A stretch of 64,000 nucleotides of DNA from Eledone cirrhosa (lineage: Eukaryota): the NCBI GenBank assembly GCA_964016885.1, contig OZ024742.1, positions 330,584,001 through 330,648,000 of the forward strand, in the 5' to 3' direction. The notes beneath the pieces were generated by a model. The model worked only from the letters and a program-made list of their open reading frames with translations. It ran no database searches and was not told the origin of the DNA. This document shows, piece by piece, positions 30,149 through 44,467 of this stretch; the stretch's first letter is position 1, and each line of letters begins with the position of its first letter. Made by a program: the position numbers and the translations under genes.

Positions 30149-30262
30149 TTTATCTGTTATTTTAATAAATATTTGCTCTACGGTTCTTATATATTTGATA
30201 TATATTTATCCTTATCGAGCCCTCTTTGTATTTTAGTCTTCAAATTTATTATTATTACTATA

Positions 30263-30317
<55 letters not shown>

Positions 30318-30331
30318 ATGTGTGTATATGT

Positions 30332-30398
<67 letters not shown>

Positions 30399-30446
30399 TA
30401 AAACTGTTTCTGTGTATATTTACTTCTGCGTTCACAGATTTTTTTT

Positions 30447-30497
30447 AGTTTCAGAAGATCCCGTTAAGGGTGAAAGCTGCGATTCTTTTCTTAAACT
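30447..30497 (+). ncRNA. Hammerhead-like motif, family E (weakened stem III)
   Basis: Same layout as 30098, with stem III mismatches. Confidence 0.55.
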
Positions 30498-30531
30498 GTA
30501 ATCGGTTATTTTAATAACCGCCCCCCCCCCC

Positions 30532-30586
<55 letters not shown>

Positions 30587-31084
30587 CACATATTATTACA
30601 ACATACCTCTAATTATTTGGAAGCCTGACGATGCGTACTTCGTAGAAATGTCAAAGTATTAGGAAAGTATGAAAAGAAAGAAGAAATCAATGAAGTCAAG
30701 TAAATTAATTTTTAATATTCGCTAATGTTTTCGGATTTGCCATCTATTGACAAGTTGTTTCCTTAGATGTGAACTCAGAGAGAACCCTGAAAATGAATCG
30801 AATCGCCACCCACGACATTTCTCAGGTTTCACTTCGACCTGCCTCCTCCGGTCTCCGCATAAAGCGTGATATGACCGAAAATATTTAGGATTATTAAAAA
30901 TTGGTAAAGTAACTTCCTATCGCTGTTACACTTTTACTTTATATCACTGTGTATTTTTTTCTTTTCTCCTAATATATTATTACCATGACTGTACTTACTA
31001 AAGACGGATTATCACGCTTCCAAATGATCAACTATACTCTGTAGTTGTATCTCATATTCTACAATGTGTCGAGCAAATTATCAC

Positions 31085-31148
<64 letters not shown>

Positions 31149-32471
31149 GGAGGAGGAGAAAGCGAGTGAGAGAGAGAGAGAAAAAAATAGAATGGTTTAG
31201 CTTATATGAACGAAGGGTAACGCTGTTCAGTTAAGATTCTCACTGTATTTAGTAGAGATACTTGAAAATATTTCATATAGAAATGATTCCGTACAAGAAC
31301 ACAAACGTGCCTATATTGGAAATGTCGAACGCAGATGCGAAGAAAGTTTAAGAAAGTGCTCTATGAAAAATATTCTACTTCGATAAACTACAGAATCATT
31401 AACCCAAACCTGACATATATAACATTTCATATATAACACATAGACATATATATTTTACTATATCTATATAGGTATATATATATATATATATATTTATATG
31501 TATATACGATGTTTGTACGATTTATACGTATATACAATGTTTGTACGATTGTGTTAGACCTGCGATTATATATGCATTAGTAGATAATAGGCAGTGAGAG
31601 TAACATTTACAAATAGATATATTCGCAGCCCCATCGCTAATTGAATGCATATACATATTTTATAGAGAGAGAGAGTTTGCGTGTGTGTGTACGTGTGTGT
31701 GCGTGTGTATCTATGTGTGTGTGTATGTGTGTGCGTGTGTGCGTGTGTGAGTGCCATTAGTGTCAGTCCCCGCTGTTTCTTTGTATAAACATATGGGAAT
31801 ATGTGTTCCCGTGAGCATGTGCATGAGTGTTGTGTTCAGGTTAGTCTCATGTATTTTTTTTTTCACATTTAAATGTGACTAATCTGACTCTCATAAAGAA
31901 AATGTAGTATTTTAAAGCACTGAAAGGGATCTTTGAGAAATTTGTTTCAATAAGTAGCATAATAAACCCCTCTAATGGATCCACAGGTTCAATGAAACTT
32001 AGTTCTATTAGCTATAGTACAGAACATACAGAGAGACGGACAGAGCGAGACTAAGTACAATGGATGATTGAAAGAGTGAATAAGTTATGCTGAAAGTAAC
32101 GCAAGCTAGTAAGAATGATGGGTGTGGGGTGGGGGGCAGTAAACCGCACAGGACGCATAAGGCAATCACATGATATAACAAACGAAAAGAAAGTAACAAT
32201 TTAAGAGATAATGAAAATGGTTTACTGAGTGGTATGCAGACCAAGAGATATATAGTTTGTGGAACGTCAAGTAATACAGAATTGGAAAAAAAGAAAGAGC
32301 TTCGGTTATGAGAGAGACACACATACATAACCACAAAGAGAGCAAAGGAGAGAGAGAGACTATGTGTACGATAGTGTGAATGAAGAGGAATAGCGAGAGA
32401 AAGACAGTTGTAAAGACAATGACCAGTTAAATTAATATAACAACATATACACTTATACACACACACACACT

Positions 32472-32812
<341 letters not shown>

Positions 32813-32934
32813 ATATATATATATATATATAAATATGTATGTTAGTGTGTATGTGTGTGTGTTTGTCTGTCTTTCGATCTCCATCCTTGTCGGCAACGTG
32901 TATTGCAGATGATTTAGTCAAATGAAATGATTGA

Positions 32935-33760
32935 TAATAAATAATATTTTGGAACACGAGGACCAAAGGCATGAGATGCTCAAAGTTACGAGCCAGAATG
33001 TCAGGAAAAATCGTGATGTTGATGGGGAGAAGTGTGTCCGTGATGATAATGGATTACTCGCCTGCACAGACGCTGAAAAGCAGATAGCATGGACGTACCA
33101 TCTTGGAAGACTACTAAACTAGGAGAATGTATTGGAAGAAGACAGTTTGACCCATTGAGAACCAACAGAGCAACCGGCTGTGTAGTTTAGCAGTAGTATA
33201 GTAATCAAGACACTCAATGATATGAAGACAGGCAAATCAGCTGGACCTTCGGTGATAGTTGCCGAGATACTGAGTCCATCTGGGATAATGTGTATGTCCA
33301 CCGTCACATGTATTGTAAACCAGGGAATACAAAACGAGTTCCTACTGGCATAGCAGCAGCAACGTTAACTGTTACGAGGGCAAAGGAGATGCTACAGAGA
33401 GAGAAAACTGAAGAAGTATCAAGCTGATTGACCAGGTCATGAAAGTCACAGAAAGCGTTATAGTACACCTGAGAGGGAACCGAGGTAATCTGGATGAAAT
33501 TAAGTTTGGATTAGAATCAAGGACGGGTGAAGTGTGGAAAGAAATGAAACCTGCAAGCTCCTATGGATGTGAAATAGTAAAATACATGAACGGCAAAATG
33601 TAAATTGACTGAGTTAGAAACTGGAGATAAGAGGGATCAAACGCCGTGTGCAACAGAAGAGATTGCGTTGATAGGGCCATGTGATGCGTGATTGAGAGTG
33701 ATCAAAGTTAATAGAAGCTACGAAGAAGGAAGTCCTAGGAATAAATGATAAAAGCTGATC
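32935..33760 (+). pseudogene. Decayed RTE-type LINE ORF2 fragment
   Basis: NRDVDGEKCVRDDNG..AW..RLLN, MKTGKSAGPS, YEGKGDA..IKLIDQVMKV, with stops and deletions. Confidence 0.75.
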
Positions 33761-36480
33761 TTACCCAATTGAACTTCTCAAAGGTGATGACACAGGATCA
33801 AGACCTTTTGTTGTATGCAGTAGAGCAGAATACTCGCCTTCCCATACGCATGCTTTGACTTTACATCTAGTATACATCAGATAACCCTTAACATTCCATA
33901 TTATTGCGAACATAGTACTTTTTAAACAAGGTCCAATTGTTTTCAATTCATTCTCGTCGCAATTGCGGTAGCATTATGATCGAACGAAATATGAGTGATT
34001 TAGTTTCTGCATAAGTCTACTGTCGTTTCAACAATGAGTGACCCAGAACATCTATCAGCGGAAGAGTCTATTCATGAAATGAATGCTCAAGTGACTGAGT
34101 GTTTCACAGTTGCAAGTAACCATAACGGAATTTTCAGTGAGAGTCGGATGTCCTTTGAATTACAGCCCATCCCCTGAGCTTTGAAACAGTTTCCATTTAC
34201 ACAATTTCGATCACAGGCCTTGGGTCGACAATAGGCCACCTTAAACGACACTTGTCTAGATGATATGTAATAAAATTGAAACCGGAACCTCACATTTTAA
34301 ATCATTCATATTGTGTCAAGTTTCGTTCAGTAAGCGTTACTGGTATAATTAGATATGGCAGATATTTGTGCTCGGTAATACGTTCTTGGCGTTCTTACTG
34401 CTGTTGAATAAATGAAAATTGTAATTAATGTTGGATAGAAATATTTCTTAAACATATAATATAATAAACTAGATATAATATCCCTGGTGCTGTTGGGCAT
34501 ATTTATCTGTGCTTGTCCAAGACGCATACATTACTAAATACTTTAGAGAGGAGATACTGAGCTAATAGCTTTTTTCATGTATATAATACCGCTACTACTA
34601 CTACTCCTACTACCAATACTACTACTTGTACTACTATTACTACTACTAATGCTGCTGCTGCTCCTGCTGCTGCTACATATGCTGATGTTGCTGCTGCTAC
34701 TACTGCTGCTGCTGCTGCTGCTGTTGCTGGCTCTATAACTCTTACTCTCAATAGTATTGCTAATACTACTCGTACAAAACAACTAATAATGATTTTACAA
34801 CGACCAAATATTATTTTGTTTTTATCTGCCACTGAGGCGGAAACGGAGATGATGTTATGAGTAGAACAGTGGTGATTTACATATAATCAAACGTATAAAC
34901 AAAAATACATGTAACAATTAATAAGAAATTTATATAATTCCCAATAACGGGGAAACACCACCAAGGGTTATTTATAAACCTCAGTGATCTGAAACCAACT
35001 TGATCACCCAGATCAACATAGGAAGGTTCCCCGCTCCTCTCCCAATTCCACTAATCCATCAACCTGGATTCTCACTATACGTAACTGTCTTAAATGGATG
35101 GATTTTGAGAAGATGACATGCCCTTGGTTTATGAGTTTGCCTATCCCAAGCACAACCCTGGCACGGATTTTTTTCTAGGTAAAACCAACAGGAGATATAG
35201 GTTGTGTTCAATGAGGTACCATTTTTCTTTTTTCTCTAGCTTTGTAAAATAACGTGCCTAAATGACACAACCCGTTGGCTGGTCGAAATATCGATCTCAA
35301 GATATAACTTCCTAGAACTCGGGATCCTTAACACGAAATCACCTAACTTCACCGATAGAAATTGTTGTTTCAAAGTATTCTCGATAAAGTACAAAAGCCT
35401 AGCGAAATTCATCACCTTACTATCACAATTATCACTACTACTGCTTCTTGCATTCAAAACATACGTAACATGATGGAAGCTAAAATAATTCTGACGTTTT
35501 TAGCTATGATATTCATTCCACTGAGATCGATTAATTAAGAGACTTATGGAATTGCGATAGGATTGATTTGGATTTAGGAAGCTAATATGAATGATTATAC
35601 GACAGCAATCTATAAAATTGTCAATGCGGAATAAAGAAAGAGCCAGTGAATGACTTTCTATCAAACTTGATCGATATGCATATTATTAACATGCATCGCA
35701 TTAAAGAAACCATGAACGAAACGAAACAACGGCGAGAGAGTCTAGAAATGTTTAATGAAGAAACAGAAAAAAATAATTTATTGATATCTACACCAGACAA
35801 TGCATTTGTGACAACGTGGTTTGAATTTACAAATATAATAAGTAATTAGAAGTAATGAAAACATTAATTTCGATAATAATGCTTTATCAGATAGATATTA
35901 TTGCGATATCCTGGCATTCACGTACATGCAGTCTAAGATTTCTTTCGAAACTACCACCTCTCTCTATACTTCTCAAGAATCTACTTTAATACATGTTTAG
36001 GCGGATAGAACGATGCATATGACATTTACAAGGACAGATCAATACGATGGAGTTTCTATGAGCACAGACTCAAATGATCAATCAATAAAAACATGAGTGA
36101 TTAGGGAATTCCGATGGGACAACATCCGGGTAAGAAGGATGAATTTAGAATGTATTTTATTGAGACTTAGGATGAGTCACGTATACTGAGAGAGCATGTG
36201 TGGTAAATAGTCGAGTGGCAAAACGATATTTAAAATTGTACTATGAGAAACATTAGATGCAGTAATAAGAACAACATGAACAGAGAAAACAGACCGGTCT
36301 ATTGTTTTATGAGTGTTGGCTAATCAGCTAAAATGTTCTGTTTTGGATTCAGATCATGTAGTTTAGTATATAGCAGAGCTACCACACAGTAAGAGATATC
36401 TCGTCTATAATTAAGCCGTATGGAGTTTCAATAATTTGTAGAGGCGTTATGGGAAATCAGGAAATGTCCACGGGGATTCA

Positions 36481-36890
36481 TTCCTATCCGTCTTAGAGGT
36501 TCACTTCCCTGTAGGACATATATACCAGAAAATATTCCACGCCACACAGTGGAAATATGCTACTCTACTCTTCTAACAAAAAGATAACATCCCACAACAC
36601 GAACAAACGAAAAAGGCTTCCACCTTACGGATGTTCAGACTGAATGCAAGAAGCATGGCCCTCCTTGCTCAACCGTGCAACACACCCGCGGTGATATATG
36701 AAACAGAAATTCTGCAGGGAGAATATTTGGTTGGGTGTGCTTCATCCGGGGAGAAACAGTCTCCGTTCATCAACAAACTTGGACTACACAATCTCCTTAC
36801 ATCTCTTTGACAGACCCTTAGTATAGACTTCACCGAGGAGGCTTAACAAGGATATCCCTATACATGCACCTATGTATATATATGTATATA
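36481..36890 (+). mobile_element. 3' fragment of a decayed PLE, duplicate of 49134-49525
   Basis: Near-identical to 49134-49525 (tcctatccgtcttagaggttcacttccctgtaggacata...). Confidence 0.75.
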
Positions 36891-36902
36891 TGTATGTATA
36901 TG

Positions 36903-36960
<58 letters not shown>

Positions 36961-37264
36961 GTCACCGAGGAGGCATAACAAGGAGATCCCTATTCATGCA
37001 GCTATGTATATATATGTATATGTATGTATATGTAATATATATATATATATATATCGTTTCTGAATTTGTTTAGCAAGATTCTTTATCTGAAAACGTGTGT
37101 TGAAACCGATATTGTTATACTTTGGGAGTGTCATGTTGCCAATAAGAAACACACGCACTAGTCATTTTCACTCCAATTTATTATAAATTAAATTTATAAA
37201 TTTGAGAATTTATAAATTTCCGGTTGGTTGGTTGGTTCCACAACCGGACGGTTGTTCATATTTT

Positions 37265-37307
37265 GTCAAAGTTATTTCGTCACACATTCTGTGACATCTT
37301 CAGTGAC
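37265..37307 (-). ncRNA. Minimal hammerhead ribozyme, family F (in element 37055-37360)
   Basis: The minus strand reads GTCA-CTGAAGA-T-GTCACA gaatg TGTGAC-GAAA-taac-TT-TGAC. Confidence 0.78.
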
Positions 37308-37377
37308 TGAGGATTGTTTTCTTTGTTTTGTGCCTCTCCTTTGTTCTGTCCTACGCCATCTTATATATATATATATA

Positions 37378-37545
37378 GAAGAAGTAACACAACAGTTAGT
37401 TCACCATACCAAAAACAATTGTTTCATAAGGTGAAACAATTGTTCTCGGTATGGTGATCTAACTAATTTGTGTAATTACTTCTACCAAACTCGTGCCATG
37501 GACTGGGTGCTCTTCCACTACGGACATAACCTTCCAGTGTTCTAC
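37378..37545. repeat. Fold-back hairpin element with hammerhead 3'-half motif (GAAA CAATTG TT); paralog at 49546-49712
   Basis: Arms gaagtaa..ccatacc..aacaattgtttca / tgaaacaattgtt..ggtatgg..ttacttc. Confidence 0.65.
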
Positions 37546-37558
37546 ATCTCTCTCTCTC

Positions 37559-37635
<77 letters not shown>

Positions 37636-38753
37636 GTGCGTGTGTGTGTGTGTGTGTGTGTGCGTCCGTTGAACTCTAGGCCCGTGTTTAGTCATTCTAC
37701 ATGCTTGTTTGTATCTGGCTTGTCCTACAGGCGTGATGCGATTTTGTTTTATATCTTGCCACGGTTTTACGAAGTCAGCTCACAGCAGTAAATCCAATGA
37801 AACAATAAGTTGAAAACGACCTAAATGTAAGTAGACAATAGAAGAGGTTCTTTTGCATCGTTGCTAACGAACAATAAACACTTGTTTTTACAGATAGAGA
37901 GCATTGTGAATGTTATTTGCTAATAACATTCCATTCTTACAGACTAGTTATATACATTTGTTACATTTGTAATGAGGAAACATAAATTGAGGCGAGAAGC
38001 GTTCCATTGGAAAATAATTTTTAGGGTGGTATTTGTTCCAAACGACATATACACTTGAATATCACTTAAAGCCATTGGAAATAACTTCGTACGTATCGTG
38101 AATGCCCATGGCAAAACCTAACGATACAAAAAACAACAAATGAAATATATTTTCTGCTGACTAAAATATATAATGTATTCACAAGAGCTATATTTATTTT
38201 ATATTTTACTTTACTTTCCTTCTATTGAATAACCATAACGTGTATGTGAAACCCCTGTACTTGCTGAGTTTTATATAATCCAAATCAATGAGATTGTATA
38301 TGATGCGAATGTTTTATTTTTATTTTGTCAAATACTATCCGTTTGTAACCATATGGGAAATGACTGATAAAATTGTGGAAAGTTTCAAACATAATTCATC
38401 TCTTTGGCAACATTCTGATTTGTATTTTTATAATAGGTTTCGGTTATTTTCTATTCACATTAATCCAATATCAGGCCAAATATAGTTTTGCGATATATCT
38501 CGTGAGGGTATGAAACAAACATTTCATATGTAAACTGATACGTCTAGACTTTATTGCATCATGCTGTCGAGAGTGTATTGAAGTAATTTCATTTGAATTA
38601 TGGTCATTAAATTTTTTCATAGCGTAACCTACAAAATGTCAAATGTAATGTTAAGCTTGAATAAAGGAGTAGTAAATGAAAGAAAATACTTCAGTACATT
38701 TAACGAAACGACCCATTCGCACTAAGACTCTTACACTGGTGTTTTCTGTATCT

Positions 38754-38818
<65 letters not shown>

Positions 38819-39000
38819 TACAGAGAGGGGGAGGAGAGAGGAGGTGTGTGTCGGAGAGAATGAATATTAGATGGGGCAAGTATTTGCTCTACTTACTTTT
38901 CCATGTAGAAAATTAAACATAGTAAATTGAAGTACACAGTATTATTATTGTTATTATTATTATATATAATAAATAAATAAATCATTATTATTATTATTAT

Positions 39001-39040
<40 letters not shown>

Positions 39041-39806
39041 AGTGTGAGTGCGTGTGTGCGTGTGTGTGTTTACATGAATGTGTGCATGAATGCCATCATA
39101 TATACACACAGACGCACCTTAACTTAACTAAATGTGCACACATTTATACATGCGTGTGTTTTAATGGGTATGGTATTCGCCTCATATTCGTAACTTTGTG
39201 AATGTATCCTAAATTTCACAATTCCCAGTACCAAAGTTCGCGCAAACCTTGTGTACAGACACACAGCTTTGGTAGAGGCACTAGGTAATTGTAGTCGAAG
39301 CATGATTATTGTGAAGCAAATTATTACCTACCCAGCTATGCTTACATCCAATTAGTATTAACTTCGTGAAATAAATCATAAACTTTTAATGTCTAAAGCA
39401 ACAGTTATTTATCAATTGATAACATCAAAATAAGATTAATACATTCTGTTTTACTGTAAAAAAAAATTACAGTTTTAAACGGGGGAAAGAAAAAGAGAGA
39501 GAGATGAGGGTAGATGAAAGGAGGGAGATATAGTTAGTGAGAGAGATAGCTAGATAAAGAGAATTTGTGCTAGAGACGGAAAACAGAGAACGGAGAGACG
39601 AGAGATATAAAGGATAAGATGTGATGGTAGATGAAATATATTATATAACATGTACTGTCACGTGTGATCAGATAAACGCTAATAGCTATATATATATATA
39701 TAAATATGTATAAAATATATAAATATGTATAAAATGTATAAAAGGTAGGGAATTTACCCATCTCATTACAGTTGAAAATTGCAAACTCGACTGTCACCAC
39801 ATATTA

Positions 39807-39845
39807 TGAACCTGAAGATTGCGAAAGCATGAAAGTACTTGTTCA
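39807..39845 (+). ncRNA. Minimal hammerhead ribozyme, family G (5' repeat)
   Basis: TGAAC-CTGAAGA-T TGC gaaa GCA T-GAAA-GTAC-TT-GTTCA; palindromic stem III. Confidence 0.85.
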
Positions 39846-40049
39846 ATTAACACTTAGAATGTAATATTCTATCATACTATTTCATTATAATACCATTATA
39901 TATTTTAAAGGATTATAAATAAAACGAGTAAATCAGACAAAGTTGGAATTCCTCTTATTAATATAATCTTCTATACACAATCATACACACCCGTGTATAT
40001 TTACCTATCTATATCTATATATATATATTCCTATTGTGTATATGCCAAC

Positions 40050-41397
40050 ATGTCTGGAAAGCAACAAATGAAACCAACAGAATCAGAAAAAATTCTAAAG
40101 GAGATATCATCGAAATTATCAACACTTCACACGATGATGGACACACCATCCTCTATTTTAAAGGAAATAGAAAAACAATCTACAGACGGAAAACTTATAA
40201 CTGAACATATAAACTCTGAAATTAAGAATTTAGCTGAAATGATACCAACAGTTATCAAAGATAAAAGAGAAAGCCTACCACAACCCCCTTGGATGTCAGA
40301 AATAAACGAAAGAAATTTGGAAAACAAAACACATCGAATAAGAAAAGAAATGTGGAAGACATGGAAAAAATTCTTTAACATAAGAAAACAAAATTTCTGG
40401 AAAGCATACATATGCGAAAAATATGTCGAAACACATTCGAAATGGCTCTCTCTAACGGCACCCATACTCCCTCGTAAATACCTAATTACAGAAATTGCAG
40501 GAGAACCAGAAGAAGAAACAAAACTCCGATGGGAACTTACATTGACAAAATTCAGGACCAACATCTCCATTTCTGAATGTAAACAATCCCGCTACAAAGC
40601 CAAAATATGAAGCTATTGATGACCAAATTGAAGTTGAAATTTCAAAGCTAACGACTGGTATTATAGCTGAAAAACTACGAGAACTATGGATCGGAGATAT
40701 CTCAAAAAAAGAAAACAAATCAAGAAAGGTATGGCAGCAGAAATAATTATTTCTGGATGAATATGCTGCAAATTACGGTAAAGACTCTGGAACCCTGAGA
40801 AAAAGCATTAAAAGTGGACAATCTCATCAACACAACATACGCCAGAACACGTTCCAACACAAACACTCACCTTACCTTGAATCAAAGAAGAACTACGGTA
40901 ATAACTCTTCGCTTTTTCTACAAAAACACCCTATCGCACACAACATGAACAAAACGCACAAACACGATAGATATTCCTTTGACCAGACCATGAGAAGTAG
41001 TAAAACCAGGAGATCATTCTCAAGATCTCAACAGAGACTACCAACAAGGAATGTGGAAACAAAACGTAGAATAACCAGATCACTCTCAAGATCTCAACAG
41101 AGATTGCCCACAAGAAACTGGACGAAAAAACCATCTTAACCTGAAAGCAAACCTAGGTCATTCTCCCAGATTGTTAAAAATAATGCCAACAGGAAGAAAA
41201 ATAATATACAGAATACCAAAGTAGGACAAAGTACATAACGAAACCAAATATAATATCACGACCATGTTCATCAAGCGAACACCAACAGGAATATAAATCC
41301 TGAACAGAGAAAAATCCATTTTTTAATGTCACGACAACAAAAACCGGAAAAAGAAAAACTCCAGGAGGAAACATACCCAAAACAGCTGTACACGTAG
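40050..41397 (+). pseudogene. PLE upstream ORF1-like region (helical N-part, basic low-complexity C-part), disrupted
   Basis: ATG at 40050 and one frameshift at about 40603. A single frame then runs to TAG at 41395-41397, with isolated TAA stops at 40744, 41137, 41236 and 41251. Confidence 0.6.
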
Positions 41398-43637
41398 ATC
41401 CTAAAATAATTAATTTATCTAAAAGAGATCTTGACAATAATGAAATGCAAATTCTGTCAAAAGGACTGAAATTCACACCGACTCCAACAGTCAACCACCA
41501 AGAACTGAAGGAGGATACCCAAGAATTCTGTCGAAAATTACGTCTTGTAGAATTCTTCGCTGATAAAAATAATGAGAGTGATGAATCACTAGTAAAGAAT
41601 AAATCAAATTTCACTCCGCCAAAATGAAGAAATACCTATCTCGACCAATACATTGACATCCTGTCTAAATTTCCTCTTAGACATAATACTAATGTTAGGC
41701 CAAACATTAACAAATCAGAAATGTCTGCACTTAAACGTATACAAAATGATAAAACAATAATAATTAAACAAGCAGATAAAGGGGTTGCAGTTGTTATAAT
41801 GGATACTGAATACTACAAGGATTTGGTTGAGCAACAACTGAACGACACAGCATTCTATCATAAAATACCGTCAATTATAGACCACAACATCATGAAGAAG
41901 ATCAACAACCTGGCTTCAAAATACCACAACTCATTTACTGATAAGGAAAGAGACTACATCACCAATTTTGAGCCGAAACCCAGCAACTTGTATGGCCTAC
42001 CGAAAGTTTATAAGTCAAAAGAAATACAACTGGCAGTAAGAGAACAAAACAGTGAGTACATTAAATTATTACACCCAAAAGACTTAAAACTTAGACCTAT
42101 TATAGCTGGTCCAACATGCCCCACCCACCGTCTAAGCAATTTTGTTGACATTATTTTGAAACCACTATGTATTCACATACCCATTTTCATCCGGGATGAT
42201 ATCGACTTCCTGTCCCATCTTCCCAAAACCACGGAAACGATTTCACTTCTACTCAGTTTTGATGTGGTAAGCCTTTACACCAATATTACACATGATTTAG
42301 GAATAAAGGCGGTTAAATACTGGGTGGAAAAACATAGAGAAGTGATTCCCATTAGATTCACAGCGCCATTTATATTAGACGCAGTTAAACTTATTCTGGA
42401 AAACAACACTTTCTTCTTCAATGGAAAGAATTACATCCAAATTAGAGGCACAGCGATGGGAACGAAGTTTGCTCCCGTTTACGCGAACTCTGTAATGGGA
42501 TACTTAGAACAACAACTCTACCAAGAAATAGAGGAAAAATATAGTACTGACTTTAGAAAGTACATTGAAAAATCTTGGAAGAGATACCTTGACGACTGTT
42601 TCATCATCTGGGCAGAATCTCTAGATACTCTGGATGAGTTCAATATCCTCCTGAATAACCTACACTCATCTCTCCAATTCACAAAAGAGATGAGTAGGAC
42701 CAAATTACCATTCCTAGATATAATGATAATCAAAAACGACACCACCATTACCACGGATATATATTATAAACACACAGACACCCATCAATATCTGAATTTT
42801 AAGTCGTGCCATCCACCTCATACAAAATGCAACATCCCATACTGCCTAGCCAGAAGAATTTGTACCATCGTAGAAGATACGAATACCAGGTACAAAAGCC
42901 TAACAGAACTAAGAGAACTTTTGCTCAAACAAAAATACCCATCTCTACTTATAGAAAATGGCATACAGCGGGCTATTCTATATTCTAATACCTATACAAC
43001 AACTTAGAACAACCCAAGGAAGAAGAAACCAAGAACTGGTCATACCATTTATAATGACACACAACCCATCTCACCAGAATATCTTCAACACTGCCAAAGC
43101 AAACCTACCGATCATTGCTCAAAGTAATGAATTAAAAGGCTTAATCACAGATCGATATTTGACTCTTAGTAAAAGACAGCCAAACAATTTGAAGCAATTA
43201 CTAACAAAAGCAAAGTTTGACCTTAACAACAAAGACCAATCATTCACTGTATCTAAATGCAATGATAGTCGATGCGGCACATGTCAATCCATACACGCCG
43301 GTCAATATATGAAAACAAAAACAGGAAAAATATTCCCAGATGCAAATATGAACTGCAAAAACAGAAATCTAATTTACTGAATTAAATGCCCGAATTGTGA
43401 AGAACTATATGTCGGTCAAACTGGAAATGCACTATCGGAACGTGCACGGGTACACCTTCAACAAATCAGAGACCAAAATGACGTCAGATACCCCTAAGCA
43501 ACCACCTAGCAATATGTGGTCAGGGAATATTTATAATATTCCCATTCTACAAATTACACCGCCCAAGTGAAATCAAGAGAAAAATCAAAGAAAATAATTT
43601 TATTGATAAATTCAAACCCAAGCTAAATGAACAATAA
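41319..43637 (+). pseudogene. PLE RT + Zn-linker + GIY-YIG endonuclease, disrupted (TGA at 41625 and 43378, frameshifts near 42985 and 43480)
   Basis: IINLS..LSKGLKFTPTP, IKQADKG, LYGLPKVYK, RPIIAG, FDVVSLYTNI, GTAMGTKFAP, RYLDDCF, LPFLD, KCNDSRCGTC, IKCPNC..YVGQTG, FKPKLN. Confidence 0.92.
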
Positions 43638-44020
43638 TAACGCTTAGGGGTATTACTTCTACTACCACTATGACCACGACCACTAACAACAACAACAACA
43701 AAAACAATAATAATAATAATAATAAAAGCGATGTTGATGGTGATGATTAATAGAAAATGCTATTTTCATCATTTCTAAAAATAGCAAAACAATTGATGCT
43801 TTGGATATGATTATTGGTCGTTAGCATGCTCAACCAGCCGTGACGCTTAAACGAATCAGCTTTAGTAATTCAGTGAAACTACACACTGATTGGTCGAAAT
43901 ACAGTTTACAGGGCTTAACATTCTGGGGCCACTTTTCTCTGTATAAAATGTATAAAAGTTAGGAAATGTACCCATCTCATTACAGTTGAAAATTGCAAAC
44001 TCGACTGTCACCACATATTA

Positions 44021-44059
44021 TGAACCTGAAGATTGCGAAAGCATGAAAGTACTTGTTCA
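44021..44059 (+). ncRNA. Minimal hammerhead ribozyme, family G (3' repeat)
   Basis: Identical to 39807-39845. Confidence 0.85.
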
Positions 44060-44229
44060 ATTAACACTTAGAATTTAATTTTCTATCATACTATTTCATT
44101 ATAATACCATTATATATTTTAAAGGATTGTAAATAAAACGAGTAAATCAGACAAAGTTGGAATTCCTCTTGTTAATATAATCTTCTATACACAATCATAC
44201 ACACCCGTGTATATTTACCTATCTATATC

Positions 44230-44314
<85 letters not shown>

Positions 44315-44467
44315 ATATTGTTATACTTTGGGAGGGTCATGTTGCCAATAAGAAACACACGCACCAGTTGCTTCACTTCAATTTATTATAATACATTTAT
44401 AAATTTAGGAATTTATAAATTTCCGGTTGGTTGTTTGGTTCCACAACCAGATGGTTCTTTATATATT

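Larger units (their letters stand above)
28778..30517. mobile_element. Non-coding fold-back element with ~142-bp internal tandem repeats and three hammerhead copies (family E)
   Basis: 28778-29175 is the reverse complement of about 29775-30172. A third short terminal copy lies at 30405-30517. No RT similarity is visible. Confidence 0.75.
39726..44241 (+). mobile_element. Near full-length Neptune-like PLE with 302-bp direct terminal repeats, each carrying a hammerhead ribozyme
   Basis: 39726-40027 matches 43940-44241 (offset 4214). Internal ORF1-like region and RT-linker-GIY-YIG. Flanks are TA-rich. Confidence 0.92.

Noticed and set aside
30621-30665. CTGACGA-TGCG tactt CGTA-GAAA hammerhead-like core
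   Set aside because: There is no convincing stem I. It is possibly a decayed HHR and was not counted.
34543-34832. Poly-Ser / poly-Ala ORFs
   Set aside because: This is a (CTA)/(CTG) trinucleotide low-complexity tract with no other coding evidence.
35590-35950. Possible decayed LINE apurinic-endonuclease remnant (NNLLI..TWF, QIDII)
   Set aside because: The motifs are too degraded to call.
43378-43380. In-frame TGA at a plausible Cys position (NLIY*IKC), suggesting selenocysteine as in some Naiad PLEs
   Set aside because: The copy has several other stops and frameshifts, the related element at 24940 has Ala here, and no SECIS was identified.
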